Below are positions 54,815-64,000 of a stretch of DNA of 64,000 bases, in pieces. Within the stretch, counting starts at the first letter, position 1. Each line of letters starts with the position of its first letter. The position numbers and the translations under genes were made by a program. The DNA lies in contig CBDFGR010000002.1 in assembly GCA_965247115.1 (NCBI GenBank), forward strand, positions 1,600,001-1,664,000. Reading direction: 5' to 3'. This DNA comes from Myxococcota bacterium (GTDB lineage: Bacteria > Myxococcota_A > UBA9160 > SZUA-336). The notes beneath the pieces were generated by a model. It was given only the letters and a program-made list of their open reading frames with translations, ran no database searches and was not told the DNA's origin.

Positions 54815-56074
54815 ATTCCCGAGGCGACACAAATCCTGCTTCGCACCCTGGTCGCCCTGAGCCTGGGAGCTCTGGTCGGGCTGGAGCGCCAGGTTGCCCA
54901 GGGCGAGAGCGGGGGAGAGAAGGACTTCCCCGGCGTGCGCACCCTGGCGTTCATGTCGCTGCTCGGTGCCCTGGCGGTGCTGCTGGGCCGACTCCTCCAT
55001 CCCTTGCTGGCGGTGGCCCTGTTCGCGGCAGGCTCGACGTTCCTGGTACTGCGCTATCGCTTCGACGCGTCGGAGCGCGGGGATCCCGGCTACACCACCG
55101 AGATCGCGAGCCTCTGCACGTTCGCAGTCGGCGCCCTCGCCCAGCTCGGTGAGCTGGGCGTTGCGGCCGCCATCACGATTCTCATGGTCGCCCTGCTGCG
55201 TTCCAAGCGGGTCATGCACGCGGCCGGTGAGCTGCTGTCGCCGAGGGATATGGAGGTGCTGATCCGCTTCCTGGTGATCGCCGGCATCGTCTTTCCGCTG
55301 TTGCCGGACCAGGCCGTGGATCCGTTCTACGAGGTCGTGCGGCCGCGCGACGTCTGGCGCATGGTGGTGCTGATCTCCGGACTGTCCTTTACGGGCTACG
55401 TATTGATGCGTGTGCGCGCCGGTCGTTCGGGATACCTGGTGACCGGGCTGTTGAGCGGCCTGGTCTCGAGCACCGCCGCCACGCTGGCCTACTCTCGCGC
55501 CGCGCGAGCCCAGACTCAGGCTCGTCACTTTGACGCGCTGATCGCATTCGCGGCCTCTGCCTCCTTCGTACGCATGGGGGTCCTGCTGGCCGTCGTCGCA
55601 CCGCGCACACTGCCGAGTGTGGTGTTGCCGTTTGGGGCGATGTTCGCGAGCGGGCTAGCGCTCGGCTTTCTGCGCCATCGCCCGGATGCGGGCGTGAGCG
55701 AGCAGGAGGGCTTCGGCAACCCGCTCACCATGCGGGTAGCCTTCGCGTTTGCCGCGCTCTACGCGCTCGTTCTACTCCTGCTGGCGTTTGCTCGCGATCA
55801 TTTCTCGGAGCTCGGCGTCTACGGGCTCTCAGCGGTCGTGGCCCTGGTCGGTGCAGATGCACCGAGCCTCTCGCTGGCGCGCCTGGCCAACGACGCCATC
55901 CTCCCCGTAGATAGCGCGGCCGTCGCCCTCGTCGTCGTCGCGATTGCTGCGACGCTCGGCAAGTTCCTCATCCTCCTCGTGGTGGGCCGCACGATCTCCC
56001 GCAGCGTCGCCTCCACACTCCTCGCCATCGCCGCCGTCGGCGCCGTCACCCTAGCCGCAACCCAGGCCCTCTAA
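54815..56074 (+). CDS. MgtC/SapB-family (DUF4010) membrane protein, probable AUU start
   Basis: LLRTLVALSLGALVGLER lies in frame upstream of the track's GTG; GVRT, GYTTEIA, GLVSSTAAT. Confidence 0.82.
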   Translation: MPEATQILLRTLVALSLGALVGLERQVAQGESGGEKDFPGVRTLAFMSLLGALAVLLGRLLHPLLAVALFAAGSTFLVLRYRFDASERGDPGYTTEIASLCTFAVGALAQLGELGVAAAITILMVALLRSKRVMHAAGELLSPRDMEVLIRFLVIAGIVFPLLPDQAVDPFYEVVRPRDVWRMVVLISGLSFTGYVLMRVRAGRSGYLVTGLLSGLVSSTAATLAYSRAARAQTQARHFDALIAFAASASFVRMGVLLAVVAPRTLPSVVLPFGAMFASGLALGFLRHRPDAGVSEQEGFGNPLTMRVAFAFAALYALVLLLLAFARDHFSELGVYGLSAVVALVGADAPSLSLARLANDAILPVDSAAVALVVVAIAATLGKFLILLVVGRTISRSVASTLLAIAAVGAVTLAATQAL

Positions 56075-56130
56075 AGTCGAACTTAAGGACCGTCCCTAAG
56101 TTCGCTTTCGAGGAAAGTTATAATTAAGGG
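56074..56130. repeat. Family-B REP-like copy plus partial copy
   Basis: TTAAGGACCGTCCCTAAGTTCG is identical to 10003-10024. Confidence 0.85.
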
Positions 56131-56143
56131 TCCTTCGGTGAGC

Positions 56144-58070
56144 TCAGCTCTCTGATTTGCGGAGGATGCGGATGTTGTCGCGGCGGATGGTGAGTTTTTC
56201 TGAGTCGAAGAACTCCATCAGCGGGACGGTGTGCTTGCGGCTCTGGCCGGTTAGGGTCTTGTAGCTGGCGGGGTTGATCTCGCCGTGCTGCTTCAGGAAG
56301 TCGACCACCTTCTCGCGCAGCGCCTCGAGCGGGGCGCGGTCGAAGTAGAGGTCCGACGAGACGCGCACGATGCGTTGCTCGCGCACGAGATGGTCGATGA
56401 CGGGCCGCAACGCTCTCGTGTCGGAGTCGAGCGAGCGTGCGAGCGCGTCGAGGTTGTCGGGGCCTAGCCCAGCGCTGGCGATGCGTTCGTAGACGCGCTC
56501 GGCCAGCTGCGGATCGGCGACGTGCGCACGGTGACGCGGGCTGCTGTGCCCACTCGGGCCGCTGCTCAACGCTCCGCTCTCGACGGCGGCGTCGAGTGCT
56601 GCGCGGACGGCCTCATCCGGGGCGTGGGAGGAGACGTTCGCGCGGATCGCCGCGAAACCGACCCAGGGATCGGTCGGCACCTTCTGGTGATGGGACTCGA
56701 CGGCGTCCACTACCAGGACCTGGAGCTCGTCGAAGGCCGTGTGATCCAGCCAGCGGCTGCCTCCGATCGCGACGCCCTTGATCCCCTCGAGCGAGCGTAG
56801 CTCCTGCAGCAGATCGTGCTCGAGTACCCCGCGGATCCCCGCCCTTCGCAGCCGGGCGGTGAGCGCCCCCGCCTGGTCCCCGGCTGCGGACAGCTGCAGG
56901 TCGGCCACCCTCTCGGACCGCGGGCGGCGGCCGCGCGCGGGCGCCGCATCGAGAATGCGTCCGCCGCCGATCGTCCAGCCACCGGACGGGATGCGGCTGA
57001 AGCCGCGCAGGATGAAGCGGTCCCCTTCGACCGCGACCAGCGGCAGATCGAAGCGCAGCTCTGCCAGTCCGCGCTCGCCGGGCTCGAGCGTGTCGCGCTC
57101 GAGGAGCAGCACGCGCGCACTGCGCTCGGACGTACCGACGTGCACGCTCACGCTGGCGCCGTTCCGGAGCGGAGGGAGCGTCGCGCAGCAGGACGAGCTC
57201 GACTCCCAGGCGCGGCCGATACGCCAGTCGTTCCGGCGTCGCGACGACGCTTCCTCGGGGAACAGCGGACAGCTCGATCCCCTGTAGGTTGATCGCGCAG
57301 CGCGAGCCGGGACCGACACGCTTCACCGACGCACCGTGCACCTGGAGCCCACGGATCCTGGCCTGGATCGGGCTCCGGCCCCGCTCGGAGAGCACGTCCA
57401 CGACCTGGTCCTCCTCGAGGCTCCCACCGCGCAGAGTCCCGGTCACGACCGTGCCGAAGCCCTTCATGCTGAAGACCCGGTCCACGGGGAGCCAGGCCGG
57501 GCCGTCTCGGAGCGTCGGTATCGCGCCGGCTCCGGAGACTTCGTCGAGGGTTGCGACCAGCTCGTCGAGCCCGGTGCCCTCCGTGGCGGAGGTCGAGACG
57601 ATCGGTGCGCCCTCGAGGTGGGTCCCGCGCAGCTCCTCCTCCACCTCGAGCCGTGCGAGCTCGGCGAGCTCGTCATCGATCGAGTCCACCTTGGTGAGAG
57701 CGACCACGCCGCGCTCGATCCCGAGCAGGTCACAGATGGCGAGGTGCTCGCGGCTCTGCGGCATCATGCCCTCGTCCGCCGCGACAGCGAACAGGACCAG
57801 GTCGATGCCCGTGGCCCCCGCCACCATGGTGCGCACCAGGCGCTCGTGTCCCGGTACGTCGACGATCCCGAGCACCCGACCCGAAGGGAGCGCGAGCTGC
57901 GCAAAGCCGAGCTCGATCGTGATCCCGCGCTCCTTCTCCTCGGGCAGGCGATCACAGTCCACACCGGTCAGGGCCTTCACGAGCGCGGTCTTGCCGTGGT
58001 CGATGTGACCTGCGCTGCCGAGGATCAGTCTGCTCTCGGAGCCGCTCTCCGACGTGGGTTCGTCAGCCAC
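56144..58070 (-). pseudogene. selB: Selenocysteine-specific elongation factor SelB, split by a frameshift near 57174-57176
   Basis: 5' ORF has [50 protein letters not shown]; 3' ORF has [23 protein letters not shown] and C-terminal winged helix SRKHTVPLMEFFD; the frames join at GAC GCT CCC T CCG CTC. Confidence 0.88.
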
Positions 58071-59331
58071 CGATCCGATCGAAGCCCGTGTAGGGTCTGA
58101 GTGCCTGGGGGATCACGATGGAGCCATCCGCTTGCTGGTGGTTCTCGAGCACGGCAATGATCCCGCGCGACATCGCGACGCCGGTTCCGTTCAAGAGATG
58201 ACAGAAACGAGGCTTGCCGGAGCCCGGGTCGCGGAAGCGCACGTTCAGCCGACGCGCCTGGTAGTCGGTGCAGTTCGACGTGCTGGTGACCTCGCCCCAG
58301 CCACCTCCCTCGCCGCGCATGGGCATCCACGCCTCGAGGTCGTACTTGCGAAACGCCGGCGCGCCGAGATCGCCCGTACAACAGTCGACGACCCGATAGG
58401 GAATCTCGAGCCGGGAAAAGAGCTCCTCCTCGAGCCCGACGATCTCCTCGTGCATGTCATCGGACTGCTCCGGCGTGGTGAAGGTGAACATCTCGACCTT
58501 CGTGAACTGGTGCACGCGATAGAGTCCACGGCTCGCGCGCCCGTGAGCGCCCGCCTCGGTGCGGAAGCAGTGCGAGAGCCCGCAGTAGCGGAGGGGTAGC
58601 CGCTCCGCGTCGAGGATCTCGTCTGCGTGAAGGCCCCCGAGCGTGATCTCGGCCGTGCCTACGAGAACCAGGTCGCTGTTCGCTATCGAGTACACCTGCG
58701 TCTCTTCGCCGCGCGGGTTGTAGCCGAATCCTGCGGCGATCTGCGAGCGCGCGAGGTCCGGAGTCTGCAGCAAGGTGAAGTTCCTGCCGCGCAGGAAGTC
58801 GAGCGTAAAGCGAACCAGCGCCTGCTCCAGCAGCACGAGCTCGTCCTTCAGGTAGTAGAACTTCTGGCCGGCGACCTTTGCACCCGACTCGAAGTCGAGG
58901 ATGTCGTGCAGCTCACCCAGCTCCACGTGGTCCTTCGGCTGGAAGTCGAAGGAGGGCGGGTCGCTCGAGCGGCGCAGCTCCCGGTTGTTCTCCTCGCCAG
59001 CTCCGACCGGCGCGTCGGGGTGCGCCATGTTGGGAACCAGAACGTGCAGCTCGCCTAGCTCCGTCAAGGCAGACTGCAGCCGTTGGTCGAGGTCCGCGCT
59101 CGTCTGCTTGAGCTCCTTGCCCCGCTCGCGCTCCTCCTCGGAGGGCTTCCGTCCCTTCATGGTCTTCGACAGCTCGTTGTGGCGCTCGCGTACGGACTGC
59201 TGCTCCGCGATCAGGCTGCGGCGCAGCTCGTCGAGCTCGACCAGTCGGTCCAGGTCGATCTCCAGATTGCGGTTGGCGCAGTTCTCGCGCACCGCCTCCA
59301 GGTTCTCGCGAATGAAGCGTAGATCCAGCAT
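58063..59331 (-). CDS. serS: Serine--tRNA ligase
   Basis: MLDLRFIREN coiled coil, GTAEI, CFRTEAG, GLYRVHQFTKVEMF, SNCTDYQARR, LNGT. Confidence 0.97.
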   Translation of the reverse strand: MLDLRFIRENLEAVRENCANRNLEIDLDRLVELDELRRSLIAEQQSVRERHNELSKTMKGRKPSEEERERGKELKQTSADLDQRLQSALTELGELHVLVPNMAHPDAPVGAGEENNRELRRSSDPPSFDFQPKDHVELGELHDILDFESGAKVAGQKFYYLKDELVLLEQALVRFTLDFLRGRNFTLLQTPDLARSQIAAGFGYNPRGEETQVYSIANSDLVLVGTAEITLGGLHADEILDAERLPLRYCGLSHCFRTEAGAHGRASRGLYRVHQFTKVEMFTFTTPEQSDDMHEEIVGLEEELFSRLEIPYRVVDCCTGDLGAPAFRKYDLEAWMPMRGEGGGWGEVTSTSNCTDYQARRLNVRFRDPGSGKPRFCHLLNGTGVAMSRGIIAVLENHQQADGSIVIPQALRPYTGFDRIGG

Positions 59332-59412
59332 CGAAAGTCCCGAGCATCTACACTAGCGCACTGCGGACCCCGTAAGCGCGCGCCGAGCTCACCAGCGCAA
59401 GGAGATGCTGCT

Positions 59413-59850
59413 GTGGAGAGAATACTCGTACCCGTGGACTTCTCGGCCCCCTCCGGTAGGGCACTCGAGCACGCCATCGATCTCGCGAAGACCTTCGGCG
59501 CAAGGATCGACCTGATCCACGTCTACCAGGTCCCGGTCGCCATCTCGGGACCCTACGCGGAGCCGCTGCCAGCCGCCTACAACGAGGGTGTCCGCAAGGC
59601 GGCGCAGTCGGAGCTGGACGAGTGGCTGGGGCGCGTCACCGCGGCAGGAATCTCCGCTGAGGCGCACCTGGTCGAAGGACCCGCGCCGACGGAGATCGTG
59701 GAGGCCGCCGACCGGCTGGGGTCTGACCAGATCGTGATCGGGACCCGCGGCCTGACAGGACTGAAGCACCTCATGCTCGGGAGCGTGGCCGAGCGCACGG
59801 TGCGACTGGCCCGCTGCCCGGTGACGACCGTGCCGGCGGAGGAGGACTAG
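59413..59850 (+). CDS. Universal stress protein
   Basis: ILVPVDFS, IVIGTRGLTG, LGSVAERTVRLARCPV. Confidence 0.93.
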   Translation: MERILVPVDFSAPSGRALEHAIDLAKTFGARIDLIHVYQVPVAISGPYAEPLPAAYNEGVRKAAQSELDEWLGRVTAAGISAEAHLVEGPAPTEIVEAADRLGSDQIVIGTRGLTGLKHLMLGSVAERTVRLARCPVTTVPAEED

Positions 59851-59861
59851 ACGGCCCCCGG

Positions 59862-61475
59862 ATGGCGTCGGGGGCGACGGAAGCGATCGAGCCGCTGCCG
59901 CCGGAGCTCCCCGCTGCCCTCACGCGCGCCTCTGCCTATCCCGAGGACTCCGGCGCACAGAGGGGCGTGGGTACCCTCCAGACGCACATCTCCCACCTGT
60001 TCCTGACCGCGGCGCGCGTGTACAAGCTGCGCAAGGCCGTGCGTCCCGGCTTCCTGGACTTCGGAACCCGCAAGGCGCGCAACATGGATGCGCTGCGCGA
60101 GATCGAGCTCAATCGCAGGCTGGCTCCCGACGTCTATCTGGGGCTGGCGCCCGTGTGGATCGACGGCGCGGCTGCGGTGCTGGGTCCTGTGTCGGAGCAG
60201 CTCTCCGCTGGGCGCGACGACACCGGCTCGCCAGAGCACTGCGTGGTCACGCGCCGGCTTCCGGACGGGCGAGATGCGCTGAGCCTGCTCCGCGGGGGTC
60301 TCCTCCTGGATCGACACATGGACGAGGTTGCCCGCTCGCTCTGCCGCTTCCACGAGCAGGTTCGGCTCGGGACGCCGGCGCCCTTCTCCGAGCAAGAGTG
60401 GCTCGGGCGCATCGAGCGGCGTGCCCTGGCGGCGATCCCCCCGCTGCCGGGTGGCGCCGAGCTGCGCGTCGCGGTTCGCTCCTTTCTCTCGGAGAACGCC
60501 GCGCGCTTCGAGACGCGCCGGCTCGCAGGCCGAGCAGTGGACGCTCACGGAGACCTGCACCTGGAGCACATCTGGTTCGAACCCGACGACGCGCGGCCTC
60601 TCTTCATCGACTGCCTGGAGTTCAGCGACGACCTGCGCCGGATCGACGCGGCCTCGGAGGTGGCGTTTCTCTCGATGGACCTCGAGTACCGCGAGCGTCA
60701 CGACCTTGGCGAGCGTTTTCTGCGCGGCTACGCCAGCGAGAGCGACGACTTCGATCTCTACGCAGTCGTCGACTTCTTCGCGAGCTATCGCGCAGCCGTG
60801 CGCTCGCTCGTGGCCGCCCTCGCCGCGGACGACGCCGGGCTGTCCGAGGAGCGGCGCCGGGGTGCCGCGGGGAGCGCCACGCGTCACCTCGCCCTGGCCG
60901 AGAAGCGGCTCGCGCATAAGGGCGTGGGAGAGCTGGTGCTCATGTGTGGCATCGTGGGCACCGGCAAGAGCTCGGCGGCCGAGGTCGCCGCCGAGGCGCT
61001 CGAGGGGGTCATGATCTCCTCGGACCGCGTGCGAAAGCGACTGTTCGGCCTTGCGCCCGACGAGCACACCCACCTCGGCGACTACGAGTGTATCTACACA
61101 CCGGAGCGTAGCGCGCGTGTATACCGCGGGCTGCTCGAGCGAGCAGAGCCAGTGATCGAATCCGGACGTAGCGCGATCCTGGACGCAGCTCACACGCGCT
61201 CCGCGGAGCGACAGGACGCGATCGAGTTCGCCCGCGCGCGGGAAATCTCGGTCCGCGTTCTCGAGACACGCTGCGCGGAAGAGACGACGCTCCAGCGACT
61301 CGGTCGACGAGAGCGAGCGGGGTCCGATCCCTCGGACGCTGGCCCCTCTTTCTACGCCCGGAGCGCCGCGGACTTCGAGCCCGTTCGGGCCGCGGACGGC
61401 GTGGACCATCTGCTCGTGCAAACGGACGAGGAGGATTGGCACGCCAGGCTGCGCGAGGCTCTCGCTGGCCCCTAG
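59862..61475 (+). CDS. Bifunctional APH-like kinase / P-loop (AAA_33-like) protein
   Basis: QTHISHLFL, HGDLHLEHI, IDCLEF, Walker A GIVGTGKS, SSDRVRK, SDA. Confidence 0.88.
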   Translation: MASGATEAIEPLPPELPAALTRASAYPEDSGAQRGVGTLQTHISHLFLTAARVYKLRKAVRPGFLDFGTRKARNMDALREIELNRRLAPDVYLGLAPVWIDGAAAVLGPVSEQLSAGRDDTGSPEHCVVTRRLPDGRDALSLLRGGLLLDRHMDEVARSLCRFHEQVRLGTPAPFSEQEWLGRIERRALAAIPPLPGGAELRVAVRSFLSENAARFETRRLAGRAVDAHGDLHLEHIWFEPDDARPLFIDCLEFSDDLRRIDAASEVAFLSMDLEYRERHDLGERFLRGYASESDDFDLYAVVDFFASYRAAVRSLVAALAADDAGLSEERRRGAAGSATRHLALAEKRLAHKGVGELVLMCGIVGTGKSSAAEVAAEALEGVMISSDRVRKRLFGLAPDEHTHLGDYECIYTPERSARVYRGLLERAEPVIESGRSAILDAAHTRSAERQDAIEFARAREISVRVLETRCAEETTLQRLGRRERAGSDPSDAGPSFYARSAADFEPVRAADGVDHLLVQTDEEDWHARLREALAGP

Positions 61476-62119
61476 CGGCTCGCGCTCTGCTGGCCCCCAA
61501 CCATAGGGACGAACGAGACGCCGCCGTGTGCGCTGCGCCTAACGGTTCCGTCGGCGTCCTTCTCGACGAGGACGAGCTCCTGGAAGGTCGAGCCCGTCGG
61601 CACCACGAGCCTTCCTCCCGCCGCAAGCTGCTCGATCAGCTCCTCTGGGATCTCGCGAGTTGCACAGGCGGCGATGATCGCGTCGAACGGTGCGGCTTCG
61701 GGCCAGCCTTCCTGACCATCGCCACAGCGGCAATGCACGTTGCCGTAGCTCTCGAGGGGAGCTCGTGCGGCCGCGGCGAGCTCGGGGATGAACTCGATCG
61801 TGTAGACCTCGGAGACGAGCTCGGCCAGCACCGCCGCTTGGTAGCCGGAGCCCGTGCCGACGTCGAGCGCGCGGCGAGTCTCGGGGGTCGTCGCCAGCTC
61901 CGTCATCAAGGCAACGATGTAGGGTTGACTGATCGTCTGCCCGTGCCCAATCGGGAGCGGTCGATCCTCGTATGCGAGATCGCGGAGGTCGGGAGGTACG
62001 AACAGGTCTCGAGGCACCTTCCGCAGCTCGGCCAGCACGCGGGGGTCGGAAATCCCGCGCGCCTCGAACTGCTCGCGCACCATCCGCTCGCGAAGGTCGG
62101 CGTACGAGCGCTCGCTCAG
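61472..62119 (-). CDS. pcm: Protein-L-isoaspartate O-methyltransferase (probable CUG start; first ATG at 62083)
   Basis: [52 protein letters not shown]. Confidence 0.93.
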   Translation of the reverse strand: MSERSYADLRERMVREQFEARGISDPRVLAELRKVPRDLFVPPDLRDLAYEDRPLPIGHGQTISQPYIVALMTELATTPETRRALDVGTGSGYQAAVLAELVSEVYTIEFIPELAAAARAPLESYGNVHCRCGDGQEGWPEAAPFDAIIAACATREIPEELIEQLAAGGRLVVPTGSTFQELVLVEKDADGTVRRSAHGGVSFVPMVGGQQSASR

Positions 62120-64000
62120 AGCGCCACCCTCCGCAGCCGCAGCGCGTTGCTGATCACCGAGAGCGAGCTCAGGCTCATGGCCGCCGCTGCGATCATCGGG
62201 CTCAGCAGCAGCCCGATCAGCGGGTAGAGGACGCCCGCTGCGACGGGTACTCCGAGCGAGTTGTAGACGAAGGCAAGGAACAGGTTCTGCCGGATGTTGC
62301 GCATGGTCTGGCTGCTCAGCCGACGGGCGCGCACGATTCCGCGCAGATCGCCTCGGAGCAAGGTGACGCCCGCGCTCTCCATCGCCACGTCCGTTCCGCC
62401 CCCCATCGCAATGCCCACGTGCGCGCGTGCCAGAGCCGGCGCGTCGTTGATGCCGTCGCCGGCCATGGCCACCGTATGACCCTGCTGCTGGAGCTGCTCC
62501 ACGACCCGGGACTTCTGCTCGGGAAGCACGTTCGCGATCACCTCGTCGAGACCGAGGGTCGCCGCGACCGAGTTGGCAGTCGCCGCGTCGTCGCCCGTCA
62601 GCATCACGATGCGCAGACCCGCCGCGTGCAGCGCCTCGATCGCCTCACTTGTGGATTCCTTGAGCGGATCGGCCACCCCGAGCACGCCCACGAGCTGCCC
62701 GTCGACCGCGACGAACACGACGGTCTGTCCCAGCGCTCTCATACTCGAAGCGCGTTGCTCGAATTCGCCTGGCTCGACCCCGAGCTCGACAAGGAGCGCT
62801 CGGTTGCCGACCGCAACCAGATGCTCCTTCACGCTCCCGATCACGCCACGGCCGGTACGCGAGTCGAAGTCCTCGACCGGGTAGAGCTCGAGCTCCCGCT
62901 CGAGGGCAGCCCCTACGATGGAGCCGGCCAGGGGATGCTCGCTGCTTCTCTCCAGACTCGCAGCCAGCTCGAGCAAGGAGCCGACGTCCCAGCCGGAGGC
63001 GACCTCTGTCTGTACGAGCACCGGCCGCCCCTCCGTCAGGGTCCCCGTCTTGTCGATCACGAGCACGTCGACGTCGCGCAAGATCTCGATGGCCTCCGCG
63101 TTCTTGAACAGGACACCCGCGCCCGCGCCCCTGCCGCTCGCCACCATGATGGACATGGGCGTGGCCAGGCCGAGCGCACAGGGGCAGGCGATGATCAGGA
63201 CGGCGACGGCAATGATGAGGCCGTGCGCAAGGCGGGGCTCTGGCCCGACCGTGGCCCACACGGCGAACGCGAGCAGCGCGGCCGCGATCACAGCGGGGAC
63301 GAAGTAGCCGGCGACGACGTCGACCAGACGCTGGATCGGCGCCCGACTGCGCTGCGCCTCCGAGACCATCTGTACGATCCGGGCGAGCACGGTCTCGGAC
63401 CCGACCCGCTGCGCCTCGATGACGAGCGACCCACTCCCGTTGACGGTGGCTCCGGTCACCCCGTCGCCCTCACGCTTCGCGACGGGCAGCGGCTCCCCAG
63501 TGAGCATGGACTCGTCGACGCTGCTGCTCCCCTCAACCACGATGCCGTCTGTGGGAACCCGTTCGCCCGGCCGTACGCGGAGGCGATCGCCCACGCGAAC
63601 CTGGTCGAGCGCCACGTCGCGTTCTGTCCCGTCGGGGTCGAGCAGACGGCCCGTCTCTGGCGCGAGCCCGAGCAGGGCACGGATCGCCGCCCCCGTTCGA
63701 TGCCGTGCTCGTAGCTCGAGCACCTGACCGAGCAGGACCAGCGTGGTGATCACGGCGGCGGCCTCGAAGTAGACCGCGATCTCTCCACCTGGCCCGCGGA
63801 ACGATTCCGGGAAGCTCCCTGGAAGCAGCGTGGCGATGACGCTGTAGAGGTAGGCCGCGCCCGTTCCGAGGGCGATCAGCGTGAACATGTTCAGGTGGCG
63901 CGAGCGTAGCGAGGCCCAGCCGCGCGCAAAGAAGGGCCAGCCGCCCCAGAGCACGACGGGAGTCGCGAGAGCGAGCTCTGCCCAGAGCAGTACTCCCGGC
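62116..64000 (-). CDS. copA: Copper-translocating P1B-type ATPase (partial, 5' end outside window)
   Basis: [42 protein letters not shown] and MxxSS Cu(I) motifs. Confidence 0.93.
   Translation of the reverse strand, partial: PGVLLWAELALATPVVLWGGWPFFARGWASLRSRHLNMFTLIALGTGAAYLYSVIATLLPGSFPESFRGPGGEIAVYFEAAAVITTLVLLGQVLELRARHRTGAAIRALLGLAPETGRLLDPDGTERDVALDQVRVGDRLRVRPGERVPTDGIVVEGSSSVDESMLTGEPLPVAKREGDGVTGATVNGSGSLVIEAQRVGSETVLARIVQMVSEAQRSRAPIQRLVDVVAGYFVPAVIAAALLAFAVWATVGPEPRLAHGLIIAVAVLIIACPCALGLATPMSIMVASGRGAGAGVLFKNAEAIEILRDVDVLVIDKTGTLTEGRPVLVQTEVASGWDVGSLLELAASLERSSEHPLAGSIVGAALERELELYPVEDFDSRTGRGVIGSVKEHLVAVGNRALLVELGVEPGEFEQRASSMRALGQTVVFVAVDGQLVGVLGVADPLKESTSEAIEALHAAGLRIVMLTGDDAATANSVAATLGLDEVIANVLPEQKSRVVEQLQQQGHTVAMAGDGINDAPALARAHVGIAMGGGTDVAMESAGVTLLRGDLRGIVRARRLSSQTMRNIRQNLFLAFVYNSLGVPVAAGVLYPLIGLLLSPMIAAAAMSLSSLSVISNALRLRRVAL

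Overview
High-GC bacterial chromosomal window. Gene content and order (split nuo operon, F420-type LLM oxidoreductase, fused spermidine synthase, selB) suggest a deltaproteobacterial/Myxococcota-like organism (inference). In order it holds: the end of a flagellar operon (flgE'-fliL-M-N-O-P-Q) with an IS5-family element inserted at the fliQ stop codon; assorted metabolic genes; a six-gene TtpC-type TonB system; thyA-folA; a 3.09-kb IS1595-family cargo element (25806-28893, 23-bp IRs, 8-bp TSD); PBP1A, gshB, purC, a histone-like protein, ogt and metB; a nuoA-E-F-G-H-J-K-L-M-N operon lacking nuoB/C/D/I; serS with a frameshifted selB; usp, pcm and a partial copA. The most unusual item is the IS1595 cargo: an NYN RNase with a structured 5' RNA, a perfect 38-bp palindrome, and a chimeric class-II tRNA (Leu-type body, Pro-type C1:G72/A73, UGG anticodon, non-canonical C33/A37). 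Other notable signals are a FliM with a C-terminal MshEN-like module, a tandem CC1-like/H1-tail protein, three genes that appear to need CUG/AUU starts, frequent leaderless promoters, and three families of REP-like repeats, one with covarying stems. Family assignments come from motif recognition by eye; no searches were run.
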